A stretch of 64,000 bases of DNA, taken from contig OY781066.1 of assembly GCA_963676395.1 (NCBI GenBank), positions 2,016,001 through 2,080,000 on the forward strand, read 5' to 3'. Positions 10,647-20,487 of this stretch are shown here, one piece after another. Made by a program: the position numbers and the translations under genes. How positions within the stretch are numbered: the stretch's first letter is position 1; each line of letters starts with the position of its first letter. The stretch comes from a bacterium (lineage in GTDB: Bacteria > Fidelibacterota > Fidelibacteria > Fidelibacterales > Fidelibacteraceae). Below the pieces are notes generated by a model. That model saw only the letters and a program-made list of their open reading frames with translations, made no database searches and was not told the origin of the DNA.

Positions 10647-11900
10647 ATGTTAAAGGACCTGACAAAGATCGCTCGCCAAAAAATGCGTGCAACACGCAAG
10701 AAAATGTTTGGTAAACACCCTGATGTTTACACGAAAATGTATCAATTTACTCGCACAGATACCGCTCGAGCTTTAGGTTATTACCCTTTTTATCCAAAAA
10801 TTGAAAATTCTGATGCTACTGAAGTAACGATTGATGGTAAACAGAAGATCATGTTAGGATCAAATAACTATCTGGGTTTGACAAATCATCCAAAAGTGAT
10901 CGAAGCCGGTATTGAAGCCCTTAAAAAATATGGCTCTGGTTTAACAGGTTCACGTTTGTTGAACGGAAACATAACTTTACACGATCAATTGGAAGAAGAG
11001 CTTGCCGAATTTGTCGGTATGGAATCTGCGCTTGTCTTTTCAACCGGTATGGGTGTTAATGTTGGTACGATCGTATCTGTTTGCGGACCAGAAGATATGG
11101 TGTATTCTGATGAATATAATCATGCCTCTATTGTGGATGGGATCCGTTTCTCAAAAGCTCAGAAAACGATCTATAAGCATAATGATATGGAGGATCTTGA
11201 GGCAAAGCTTAAGATGGCTGACCCCAAAACACCCAGATTCATTGTTGCTGACGGTATTTTCTCTATGGAAGGTGATATCGTTAAAATGAAAGAGTTGGTT
11301 GAGTTATCAAAGAAATATCCATCACGACTCATGATCGATGATGCGCATTCACTCGGTGTTCTGGGGCCTAATGGAAATGGGACGGCAGCACATTTTGGTG
11401 TAACCGCTGATGTTGATCTTATAATGGGTACATTTTCTAAATCTTTAGGTTGCGTCGGTGGTTTTATCGCCGGTGAAGCTAAAGTGATTGAATATATTAA
11501 GCATCATTCACGTTCAATTATTTTTACCGCATCACTACCTCCTTCAAATGCTGCATCCGTTAGGGCTGCTTTGCAGGTAATCAAAGATGAACCCGAAAGA
11601 CGGGAACAGCTTTGGAAAAATACAGAGTATATGCGTAAAGGATTTCACGAATTGGGTTATGATACCGGTGAATCAACCACACCCGTTATTCCGGTTTTGA
11701 TCGGTAAAGACCAAAAAACTTTTGCAACCTGGAAATCCCTCATGGAAGCCGGTGTTTATACAAATCCTGTTGTTGCTCCGGCAACACCTCCGGGACGTGG
11801 TTTATTAAGAACTTCATATATGGCGACGCATACGAAAGACCAATTGGATTTCTGTCTGGATCAGTTTGAAAAAGTCGGGAAGAAACTTAAGGTTATCTAA
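10647..11900 (+). CDS. spt: Serine palmitoyltransferase-like PLP-dependent alpha-oxoamine synthase
   Basis: GYYPFY, GSNNYLGL, GSRLLNG, HASIVDG, DDAHS, GTFSKS (PLP Lys), IFTASLPP and APATP motifs. These fit SPT better than BioF, KBL or ALAS. Confidence 0.8.
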   Translation: MLKDLTKIARQKMRATRKKMFGKHPDVYTKMYQFTRTDTARALGYYPFYPKIENSDATEVTIDGKQKIMLGSNNYLGLTNHPKVIEAGIEALKKYGSGLTGSRLLNGNITLHDQLEEELAEFVGMESALVFSTGMGVNVGTIVSVCGPEDMVYSDEYNHASIVDGIRFSKAQKTIYKHNDMEDLEAKLKMADPKTPRFIVADGIFSMEGDIVKMKELVELSKKYPSRLMIDDAHSLGVLGPNGNGTAAHFGVTADVDLIMGTFSKSLGCVGGFIAGEAKVIEYIKHHSRSIIFTASLPPSNAASVRAALQVIKDEPERREQLWKNTEYMRKGFHELGYDTGESTTPVIPVLIGKDQKTFATWKSLMEAGVYTNPVVAPATPPGRGLLRTSYMATHTKDQLDFCLDQFEKVGKKLKVI

Positions 11901-11974
11901 GATCTAAAAATGTTCTATGTAGGGAAGTTTAAAGTGTCGTAACATGCATTCCTTACTCTTTTTAGGAGAAAAAT

Positions 11975-12781
11975 ATGAAAAATGATACAAATAAGATCAT
12001 TTTTATTACTGGAGCCTCTTCGGGCATTGGTCGCGCAGCTGCCGAATATTTAAGTGATCAAGGGTATAAAGTTTACGGTACATCAAGAAAACCGGAAAAG
12101 AATAAAGATATCACCGCTTATGAATTGATCAAAATGGATGTATGTGATGAGCTCTCCGTAAAGTCTGCGGTTGAGAGCATTCTTGAAAAAGAAGGCAAAA
12201 TTGATGTGCTTGTGAACAATGCCGGTTATGGCGTTGGGGCCGCGGTTGAAGATACAACACCAAAGATGGCCGAAGAGCAGGTTAATACAAATTTTTTCGG
12301 TTTATACCGTGTACAGCATTATGTTCTAGAACATATGAAGAAACAGGATTCGGGATTGATTATTAATATGAGCTCTATAGGCGGCGTTATAGGATTACCC
12401 TACCAAGGACTCTACTCAGCCTCTAAATTCGCTGTAGAGGGCATGACTGAAGCTCTTTATAAGGAATTATACTCTCGGAACATTCGTGTTTGTATGATAG
12501 AACCCGGTGATTTTAAAACAGAGTTTACCGCTAATCGTGAGAATGTAGAAAGCAAAAGTGAAAATCTTAAAAAATCACGAGATATCATCGAACATGATGA
12601 ACAAAGCGGACAATCTCCAATTAAGATAGCAAAACTGATCGAAAAGATCATGTCAAAGAATAGACCAAAATTACGTTATCCCATTGGAGCTTTTGATCAG
12701 AAATTATCTATCAAATTAAAAAAAATCCTACCGGGTGGATTGTTTGATAAGATCATTATGAGCTATTATAAAGTAAAGTAA
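11975..12781 (+). CDS. Classical SDR oxidoreductase, candidate 3-ketodihydrosphingosine reductase
   Basis: TGASSGIG, NNAG, S...YSASK, IEPG; directly downstream of spt. Confidence 0.85.
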   Translation: MKNDTNKIIFITGASSGIGRAAAEYLSDQGYKVYGTSRKPEKNKDITAYELIKMDVCDELSVKSAVESILEKEGKIDVLVNNAGYGVGAAVEDTTPKMAEEQVNTNFFGLYRVQHYVLEHMKKQDSGLIINMSSIGGVIGLPYQGLYSASKFAVEGMTEALYKELYSRNIRVCMIEPGDFKTEFTANRENVESKSENLKKSRDIIEHDEQSGQSPIKIAKLIEKIMSKNRPKLRYPIGAFDQKLSIKLKKILPGGLFDKIIMSYYKVK

Positions 12782-12881
12782 GGCCTAAATTGTAAAACAT
12801 AAGGGCGAATCTACTTGAGTAATCGAATGAATTAAAAATAATTCGTATATTGATTATTAGCTTAGTGGTAAAAATTAAAGA

Positions 12882-12959
12882 AAGGAACGATTTGAATGAA
12901 TCGTTCCTTATAAAATTCGAAATCCCTGCTTGCTATAAACCTTAGTAAGCAGGGATTTT
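12882..12959. terminator. Two tandem hairpins terminating convergent genes
   Basis: AAGGAACGATT/AATCGTTCCTT (12882-12909) and AAATCCCTGCTTGCTA/TAGTAAGCAGGGATTT (12920-12958). Confidence 0.75.
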
Positions 12960-12961
12960 AA

Positions 12962-15103
12962 TTATTTATGCGGTATGCTGAAATAGAAAGTGGAACCAAG
13001 TCCTGGTTTTGATTTTATCCAGATCTCTCCGCCGTGTTTTTCCAAGAATTCTTTTGTGATGATAAGTCCTAAGCCGGTACCCTTTTCTCCCGAAGTTCCC
13101 TCTCTATAGTACTGATCATCCACCTTAAATAATCTGGATATATTTTCACTACTGATCCCCACACCTTGATCTTCAATTGAAAATACTATTTTATCTGATT
13201 CGATTTTATAGTCGACAACTATTTCTGTATCAAGTTTGGAGTATTTAATAGCATTTGAGATCAAATTTCTTACAATCGTATGCATCATATTCATATCGGC
13301 AAATACTTTTGCCCCATGTGGATTTAATCGCAAGTTAATATTTTTTGCTTCAAGATTAGAGTTTAGTAATTCTTTGATATTCTCGAATAAACTATCAATA
13401 TCTAGAACTTCCGGGACAAAAGGGATTGTATTTCTTTGAGATCGTGACCACTCAAGTAAATTATTTAGAAGATCAAAAGAAGTTTTTGATGATTGATTGA
13501 TAGCATAAATTAATTCTCTGCTTTTTTCTTTATCAAAGGTATCAAAATCTTTAACCAGTAGGTTTGATAAACCGAGAATACTACTAAACGGTGCTTTTAG
13601 ATCATGTGCAATAATAGAGAAAAATTTATCTTTTGTAGCATTGATTTCATCAACGTGCTTTTTACTTTCTGCAAGCTTTCGATTAGCTCTTTGTTTTTCA
13701 ATAAAGAAATATACAAGCAGGGCAAGAATAGTAAGAGCGAAAAACAAAACCAAAGTAAGGAGCCTACGAACGACAAATTCTCGCTTTAATGACTCATCTT
13801 TTAATTTATTTTGTTCTTCCAAATTTTGAATGGTTCTTTCTTTTGATTCAATCTCATAAATGTTTTCTAATTTTACCATACTCTTAGTCAATTTTGCCGA
13901 AGTAATGGAGTCGGCTAAATTCGCTTGATTATCTTTATAGAAAAAAGCTTTTTTATAATCACCTTTATATAAATAGATTTTAGATAGTAGCTTGTTAATA
14001 TTAACGAGATGTTTATTTTGATTATGTTGTTTCGCATAATTTAAACCAATGATCAAGCTATCTTCTGCACTATCATATTCACCGAGAGAGATGAGAATTT
14101 TACCATAGTTCTGGTATAAGCCAGCTAAGCTTATTACATCTTTTATTTCGAGTTTTAATACTCTTGAAGAGTCAAGGAGTTCAAGTGCTTCCTGAGAATT
14201 TCCGATACTATTTTCGAGTAAGGCTTTATTGTTTAAAGCAACAGATAATCCGGCTTTAGAAGATTGTTTTTTATAGAGACCTATCGATTCATTATTGTAA
14301 GCTCTGGCGATATCAACATTACCCAAATCGGAGTGTACATTGGTTAATTGATCCAAACAAATTGCAATACCAGTATTTATCCCCGAATATTTTGCAAGAA
14401 TGCGGTATTCGGACAAGGCCTCTCCATATAGATCTTTTGCATCTTCGGGCAAACCTACGCTGTAATATAGGGTCCCCATTGTATAAGCCGCCCAGGCTAA
14501 GCCTTCTCGGAAGTTTGCTTTAGCGTAGTTTTCTTTCGATTTATAAGCCAGTTCTAAGGCTTTTTCATAAGCACCACTTCCACGATATATATTTGATAAT
14601 GATGAATAGACTGCTCCGAGAATTCGATAATTATCACTAAGGATAGAATGCTCTATACAAAGATTATAGTATCTGAAGGTTTCATCGGTATCGCCATAAT
14701 GAAAATAATAGGTTGATCCCATAAAAAAGTAAATGTTACCTAATAAATGATGATCTTTCCACTTTTTAGCCAGTGATACGGATTGAACAAAAAGATCCAA
14801 GGCTTCTTCATATTTATGATCATAGTAAATTGGTAAGGCTTTATAGTAAATGCCTTCCGCTTCCAGATTGCTGTTGGGATAATTCTCGCGAATTTCTTTA
14901 AGAGCTAATTCAGCATGCTCAAGCGAAGTATTTTTATCGTTTCGCCTATATATGTAAGAGTATTCAAAGCGGGCACGTATTTTTTCAATACCGTTTGATG
15001 AATTAATCTTATTTAATATACTATCAGCTGTTTCTATGGCATAGCTAACTGAACTAAATAATAGTAGCAATAAGATCAGCGTATTTTTTAAAAATTTTAT
15101 CAT
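12962..15103 (-). CDS. Membrane sensor histidine kinase with periplasmic TPR sensor
   Basis: Signal peptide, TPR-like helices, one TM helix, H-box FSIIAHDLKAP, NLISNAIKY, DQGVG and GTGLGL. Confidence 0.92.
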   Translation of the reverse strand: MIKFLKNTLILLLLLFSSVSYAIETADSILNKINSSNGIEKIRARFEYSYIYRRNDKNTSLEHAELALKEIRENYPNSNLEAEGIYYKALPIYYDHKYEEALDLFVQSVSLAKKWKDHHLLGNIYFFMGSTYYFHYGDTDETFRYYNLCIEHSILSDNYRILGAVYSSLSNIYRGSGAYEKALELAYKSKENYAKANFREGLAWAAYTMGTLYYSVGLPEDAKDLYGEALSEYRILAKYSGINTGIAICLDQLTNVHSDLGNVDIARAYNNESIGLYKKQSSKAGLSVALNNKALLENSIGNSQEALELLDSSRVLKLEIKDVISLAGLYQNYGKILISLGEYDSAEDSLIIGLNYAKQHNQNKHLVNINKLLSKIYLYKGDYKKAFFYKDNQANLADSITSAKLTKSMVKLENIYEIESKERTIQNLEEQNKLKDESLKREFVVRRLLTLVLFFALTILALLVYFFIEKQRANRKLAESKKHVDEINATKDKFFSIIAHDLKAPFSSILGLSNLLVKDFDTFDKEKSRELIYAINQSSKTSFDLLNNLLEWSRSQRNTIPFVPEVLDIDSLFENIKELLNSNLEAKNINLRLNPHGAKVFADMNMMHTIVRNLISNAIKYSKLDTEIVVDYKIESDKIVFSIEDQGVGISSENISRLFKVDDQYYREGTSGEKGTGLGLIITKEFLEKHGGEIWIKSKPGLGSTFYFSIPHK

Positions 15104-15192
15104 ATACTTTCTTTTTTTGTTAGGTAAAATATAAATCTATTTAAAACAAAATTACAAGGAAATATTCATTTAGATTAGGTGGCAGAAGTAGA

Positions 15193-16497
15193 TTATTTCT
15201 TTTTAAAAACGAAATTTATGGGGACGCCTTTAAAATCATAAAACTTTCTAAAAATACCTTCAAGAAAGCGTTTGTAGTTGTCCATCAATAAACTGGGTTC
15301 ATTGCAAAAGAAAGCAATCAGTGGCGGATTTTCAAGCACCTGAGTAACATACTTGATCTTAATGTATTTCCCTTTGACGGAGGTAGGAGGATTACGATCA
15401 ATAGCTTTTAAAAAGAAATCATTCAATTCACTGGTGGATATTCTCTGTTCCATGCGTTCTTTGATCATAAAAGCTTCATCAAGAAGTTTAAATAAGCGTT
15501 GCTTTTGAATTGCGGATATGAACATGATGGGGATATCATTCAAAATGGGGAAGTGAAAAAGAAGTTCTTTAGTAAAATCACGTGCCGTATTGGTCTCTTT
15601 TTCTATGAGATCCCATTTGTTCATTGCAACAATCAAACCTTTTCGCTGTTCACGTATTTCTTGAACAATACGTACATCTTGAGAGCAAAATCCCTTGTCG
15701 ACATCAACCATTAATATACACACATGGCTTTCTCTGATTGCTCGTTTGGTTCTAACAAAGGAATAATATTCAATTTGATCGGATATTTTTTTCTTTTTTC
15801 TCAGTCCTGCGGTATCCACCAACATGACATCTTTACCCTGATATTTCATCTCTGAGTTAATGCTATCTCGAGTGGTTCCGGCAATATTTGTTACTATGTG
15901 TCTGTTTTCACCAAGAAAAGTATTTGCGATCGTTGATTTTCCGGCATTCGGCATACCGAGAATTGATACTTTAAGATCATATTCTTTTTCTTTTTGCTGT
16001 TCATGTTCAGGTAGCTTTTCAACTATTCTATCGAGTAGATCTCCGGTTGAACGACCATTTAAAGCTGAAACTTCGACCGGCTCACCGAATCCTAAAGAAA
16101 AGAAGTTGTAAACATCCATCTCAAAGCGTTCATCGTCAACTTTATTTGCCACAAGTAAAACGGGTTTATTATTTCTATGAAGTATTTTTGCAATGTGATC
16201 ATCGTATTGAGTGATGCCCGCTTTTACATCAACAAGAAATAGAATAAGGTCTGCCTCGGATGTTGCGATTAAGGCTTGTTCTTTAATCCCTTCTTCTATG
16301 GTGTCGCGGGGATCCATCATGATACCGCCAGTATCTATCACGGTAAAATGACTACCACACCATTCAACCTCGGCATATGTTCGATCACGAGTAACACCCT
16401 CGGATTCGTGGACAATAGCTTTCCTGGTCCGCAGGAAGCGGTTATAGAGTGTTGATTTACCCACATTTGGACGGCCTACTATTGCAACTGTACTCAT
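15193..16497 (-). CDS. der: Ribosome biogenesis GTPase Der (EngA)
   Basis: Two G domains (GRPNVGKS/DTGG/NKVD and GMPNAGKS/DTAG/NKWD) plus KH-like tail. Confidence 0.97.
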   Translation of the reverse strand: MSTVAIVGRPNVGKSTLYNRFLRTRKAIVHESEGVTRDRTYAEVEWCGSHFTVIDTGGIMMDPRDTIEEGIKEQALIATSEADLILFLVDVKAGITQYDDHIAKILHRNNKPVLLVANKVDDERFEMDVYNFFSLGFGEPVEVSALNGRSTGDLLDRIVEKLPEHEQQKEKEYDLKVSILGMPNAGKSTIANTFLGENRHIVTNIAGTTRDSINSEMKYQGKDVMLVDTAGLRKKKKISDQIEYYSFVRTKRAIRESHVCILMVDVDKGFCSQDVRIVQEIREQRKGLIVAMNKWDLIEKETNTARDFTKELLFHFPILNDIPIMFISAIQKQRLFKLLDEAFMIKERMEQRISTSELNDFFLKAIDRNPPTSVKGKYIKIKYVTQVLENPPLIAFFCNEPSLLMDNYKRFLEGIFRKFYDFKGVPINFVFKKK

Positions 16498-16685
16498 AAG
16501 CACCTAATATACAAGGTAAAAGATAAAAGGCAAATGAAAAAGAATTGAGAATTAAATGTTGAATCGTTGAAATCTTGATAATGAATTGAATTATTCAATG
16601 TTTACTACCTAATATCCAAGCAGATATAACGAGTCTTTTATCAATTTGCAATGATCATTATACATTTATTTTACACCTATATTTG

Positions 16686-16710
16686 AAAAAGCCTCGATTT
16701 AACTCGAGGC
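16686..16710 (-). terminator. Intrinsic terminator of the 16740-17330 gene
   Basis: AAAAA-GCCTCGA...TCGAGGC. Confidence 0.7.
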
Positions 16711-16739
16711 AAAAATTATATGATCTTATATTATTGTAT

Positions 16740-17330
16740 TTATTTGACCTTCCTAAATCCATTAGGTAAATAATAATTTACACCAATAAAGGCATTATTT
16801 GCCCCGCTGAATATTGAAGTATGTAGCTCAACATACAGTTCAAGTTGCTCTGTTAAATCGATTTGTGTTCCATAGTACATATTGAAGTCTATATCGGTAA
16901 ACATAGTCCCCCATGTTGAACCAATATCAAAAGCGAATAATACACCTCCGTAAAAGTCAACTTGTTGAGTGAATTTGTGGGATATGTTCCACATGGCAAA
17001 AGGGGATATCTCCCACCAAGGACTGCCTGTAAGTACAGAAAATTCGATACCATATGAGAAGCCCATATCTATCTTATTCCATTCAAAAAGAGTATGTTGC
17101 ATGCTTCCCTGGATATTGATGGCACCACCACCAAAATTCAGTTTTCCATGAAGATTACTTGATTTTAATCCTTGAGTATACTCAACGGTCATTGAACTCA
17201 AATTACCGTTGAATCCACCGGAAATCAGTGCAGACTTTGCTGGAATTAATGTTGCATTATGGTTAAAGGGGATTGCATAGCTTAGTGAAAGTGTCAGCAT
17301 AAGTAAAACTGCTAGTAAAACTCTTTTCAT
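16740..17330 (-). CDS. Putative small outer-membrane beta-barrel protein (paralog A)
   Basis: Signal peptide, amphipathic strands, last strand FIGVNYYL; paralog of the neighbouring gene. Confidence 0.65.
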   Translation of the reverse strand: MKRVLLAVLLMLTLSLSYAIPFNHNATLIPAKSALISGGFNGNLSSMTVEYTQGLKSSNLHGKLNFGGGAINIQGSMQHTLFEWNKIDMGFSYGIEFSVLTGSPWWEISPFAMWNISHKFTQQVDFYGGVLFAFDIGSTWGTMFTDIDFNMYYGTQIDLTEQLELYVELHTSIFSGANNAFIGVNYYLPNGFRKVK

Positions 17331-17404
17331 TTCCTTCTCCTTGATTTTATTTTCTAATAAAATAATACACTTAAAATAGCAGAGATGAAATAAAAAATAA
17401 TGTT

Positions 17405-17435
17405 AAAAAAAACCACCTTTTTTAAAAGGTGGTTT
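17405..17435 (-). terminator. Intrinsic terminator of the 17461-18102 gene
   Basis: A-run then AAACCACCTTTT...AAAAGGTGGTTT. Confidence 0.75.
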
Positions 17436-17460
17436 AATTATAAATGATGACAGCTAAAAA

Positions 17461-18102
17461 TTATTTCATTTTTGCTTTTTCAATCTGGAGCCCTTTTGAC
17501 AAGTAGTAGTTTACACCAATAAAAGCATTGTTACCATAATTTATGATACCTGTTTGCAATTCCATATATAGCTCAAGATTTTTTGCGATATCGATTTGTG
17601 TACCGTAGTAAATACCCAAAGGAATTTCAGCGTAAGCACCGGCTGGAGCCCAAGCAGTACCATTCCAAGCTGGGGTAGAATCATAACCAAAAGTAAAACC
17701 ACCGACAACACCACCATAAAAATCTACATCTTGAGTAAATTTATGTGACATGTTCCATGTAGCAAGGGGAGATAATTCCCAAGAGCCACCACCACGGAAT
17801 TCAAATTCACCACCGTAACCAAATCCCATATCAATTTCATTCCATTCCAGGATGCAATGACGAACTAGACCTTGAGCACGTAGAATATTAAAACCATAAG
17901 AAGCTTTAACATGCAGGTTAGTTCCTTTTAAACCTTGTGTGTACTCAATATTCCATGTACCAAGACTCATACTTGCACCACCGGAAAGTGTGTTTGCTGT
18001 AGCAGGTATCAAGGTAGCATTGTGATTGACTGAGAATTCAGCAAAGGCTGCAGTTGCAAGTACAAGTGCTAAAATAACTACAATAGCTTTTCTCATTTTC
18101 AT
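17461..18102 (-). CDS. Putative small outer-membrane beta-barrel protein (paralog B)
   Basis: Signal peptide ending AAFA; shares NHNATLIPA, EYTQGLK, SHKFTQ, YYGTQID and NNAFIGVNYYL with paralog A; AAGGAGA RBS. Confidence 0.65.
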   Translation of the reverse strand: MKMRKAIVVILALVLATAAFAEFSVNHNATLIPATANTLSGGASMSLGTWNIEYTQGLKGTNLHVKASYGFNILRAQGLVRHCILEWNEIDMGFGYGGEFEFRGGGSWELSPLATWNMSHKFTQDVDFYGGVVGGFTFGYDSTPAWNGTAWAPAGAYAEIPLGIYYGTQIDIAKNLELYMELQTGIINYGNNAFIGVNYYLSKGLQIEKAKMK

Positions 18103-18326
18103 TCTCCTTTTGTATGTATGTTTGTTTCAATATTCAACTGAATCAAATAATAATAAAAGAAAAGATAAATACAAAATGAAATTATACTAAACGCATTATA
18201 AATATAGAATTAAGGATAGGGTGAATAAAAAATAATATTATAAAAATACAAGTATAATAAAGTGGTAATAAATATTTAGTATTAGACAAAAAATATTATT
18301 GGAAGTATATAGCCACGCTCTAAATT

Positions 18327-18357
18327 AAAAAAAAAGATGTCCAAGGGACATCTTTTT
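18327..18357 (-). terminator. Terminator of the porV...namZ operon
   Basis: A9-GATGTCC-AAG-GGACATC-T5. Confidence 0.8.
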
Positions 18358-18374
18358 AGATCGTTTTATTTTAA

Positions 18375-19598
18375 TTAATAAATTAAGTAATTTTCTCGAA
18401 GCTTTAGATAGGAGCTGATTTCATCTTTGTATGTTTCAATTATATCTTCCGCAGATGATCCTTTTGTAAACATCTCATAGGCTTGTCTGTTTCCCCAAAG
18501 TTTGTTCATCCATATTTGACGTGTAATTTTAAAATCTTTTGGATAAAGCTCTAAGAGAACATCAATTAAATGAATGCCAAACTCTAAGGATTTAAAGTTA
18601 ACGGGATCGGTGACGGTAAGAGCGACTCCATGACAGAGCGTACCATTATATTTGGGTTTGTAATAGGCATCCGGAGGAGAGGTAGGTGTATAGGATATTT
18701 CTTCGATCTTTATGCCTGGAATATTGCGTGCTTCTAGAGCAAGAACCAGCTCTTTGGAATCAACATAAGGCGCTCCAACCCATTCGAAAGGCTTTTCTGA
18801 GCCACGACCTTCGGAAAAATTTGTTGCTTCAAATAAGCAGGTTCCTGGGTAAACAAGCGCTTCATTGATATTGCGGATATTTGGCGAAGGATTGATCCAA
18901 TGTTGATTAGTGGCTGAATAAGGTTTATTTGGGTTCCAGCCTTTACATTTTATTATATGTAAATCCAGATCTTCAGCATAAGGAATCCATGCTTTGTCTT
19001 TTAGCATTGTTGCCAATTCACCAACCGTTAACCCATGTCGTATAGGAATAGGATAACGTCCTACACCGGAGTAGAATTCCTGTTCGATGATAGCACCTTC
19101 TGCGAGCCTTCCTATTGGATTGGGCCTATCTAATATATATACAGGTATATTGTTTTCAGCACCTGCTTCCATGGCATAACCCATGGTTGAGATATATGTA
19201 TAGAATCGCGCTCCAATATCTTGAATATCAAAGATCAATACATCTACATTTTTTAACATCTCTTTAGTTGGTTTATAGTTATTACCATAGAGACTATAGA
19301 TTGGGGCTCCTGTTTTTGTATCAATTCCATCTTTAACTAGCTCACCGGCATCTTCTATCCCTCTAAATCCATGTTCAGGACCAAAAATAGCCGAAACGGT
19401 AATTCCTGCGTCGTACATGAGATCAACCAGATGTTCACCTTTCTTGCTGACGGCGGTATGATTGGTAACAATTCCGACTTTTTTATCTTTAAATTCAGAA
19501 AAATTATTTTTAGTTGCGATATCCAATCCTAGTCCCAGTGAGCATGAAGCAAGGGTAAATACCATCAATACAATAAATAGACTGGTGATTTTTTTCAT
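18375..19598 (-). CDS. namZ: Exo-beta-N-acetylmuramidase NamZ (DUF1343) lipoprotein
   Basis: FGPEHGFRG, FDIQDIGARFYTYIST, LDRPNP, PSPN, SEGRG motifs; LASC lipobox. Confidence 0.9.
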   Translation of the reverse strand: MKKITSLFIVLMVFTLASCSLGLGLDIATKNNFSEFKDKKVGIVTNHTAVSKKGEHLVDLMYDAGITVSAIFGPEHGFRGIEDAGELVKDGIDTKTGAPIYSLYGNNYKPTKEMLKNVDVLIFDIQDIGARFYTYISTMGYAMEAGAENNIPVYILDRPNPIGRLAEGAIIEQEFYSGVGRYPIPIRHGLTVGELATMLKDKAWIPYAEDLDLHIIKCKGWNPNKPYSATNQHWINPSPNIRNINEALVYPGTCLFEATNFSEGRGSEKPFEWVGAPYVDSKELVLALEARNIPGIKIEEISYTPTSPPDAYYKPKYNGTLCHGVALTVTDPVNFKSLEFGIHLIDVLLELYPKDFKITRQIWMNKLWGNRQAYEMFTKGSSAEDIIETYKDEISSYLKLRENYLIY

Positions 19599-19608
19599 AT
19601 TTTTCCTA

Positions 19609-20487
19609 TTATTTTTTTGAAAAGATTTTATTTACAAAACCGGATACCGAACCTGCTGAGCTGACAAAGCCTATTGCTGTACCTGTGCAAATGGTAATAA
19701 GTGCTACCAACTCATAAGTGTAGCGAGCAAAATCCAGCATTGAGAATGTGGTTTCGGCAAATTTATGTGCAAATACCAGGCATACAGTCGATAATATTCC
19801 TCCTATTAGTCCTTCAATTGCACCCTCTAGAATAAAGGGCATACGAACGAATAAATGACCGGCTCCCAGATTATTCATGATCTCGATCTGTTTCCTACGT
19901 GCGTAGACAGAAAGTTTTAAGGTGTTCCTGATCAAAAGATTCATAGCGATAAAAAGAATAATCAAAATGAATATGCCACTGACGGCAACCGCTTGTGTCA
20001 CGGTTTCAAGTTTTTCTATCAAAGCATGTCTATAATGTACTTCTTCAACACCGTTAATGTTTTGTACCTTTTGTCTGAATGCTTTTAAATAATCGGGTTT
20101 GTTAAAATGTTGATAAAGGGTGATCTCAAAACTGACAGGAAGTGGATTTTCGTCAAGAATTTCCATAATATCTTCCCCGAATTCCCGGTTGAATATCTCA
20201 GCAGCCATACTTTTAGTGATCAAGCGGACATTCTTGACTTCGGTAATTCCTTCTAACTGACCCTTGATGGTTCTGATCTTGCTGTCGCTGAGGTCATTTT
20301 TTAGATATACCTCAATTTGCATATTGTTTTTTAATTCATCCAGTTGATTAAAAAGAATAAATGATACTTCAAAGAGAGCAACTAAAATAGTCAAAGCAAT
20401 ACAAATGGTTAAAATTGTAGCTGTAACCGGAGTACGCTCACGCCAAAGATTCGAAAATGTCTGCCTTAAAATAAAAATTAATTTCAT
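19609..20487 (-). CDS. ftsX: Cell division permease FtsX
   Basis: Four-TM layout, ENPLP, NTLKLSVYARRKQIEIM..LGA...PFILEG; follows ftsE. Confidence 0.9.
   Translation of the reverse strand: MKLIFILRQTFSNLWRERTPVTATILTICIALTILVALFEVSFILFNQLDELKNNMQIEVYLKNDLSDSKIRTIKGQLEGITEVKNVRLITKSMAAEIFNREFGEDIMEILDENPLPVSFEITLYQHFNKPDYLKAFRQKVQNINGVEEVHYRHALIEKLETVTQAVAVSGIFILIILFIAMNLLIRNTLKLSVYARRKQIEIMNNLGAGHLFVRMPFILEGAIEGLIGGILSTVCLVFAHKFAETTFSMLDFARYTYELVALITICTGTAIGFVSSAGSVSGFVNKIFSKK

Noticed and set aside
10647..11900. Annotation as bioF or kbl
   Set aside because: Motifs fit SPT better and no biotin or tdh genes are adjacent; not fully excluded without a phylogeny.
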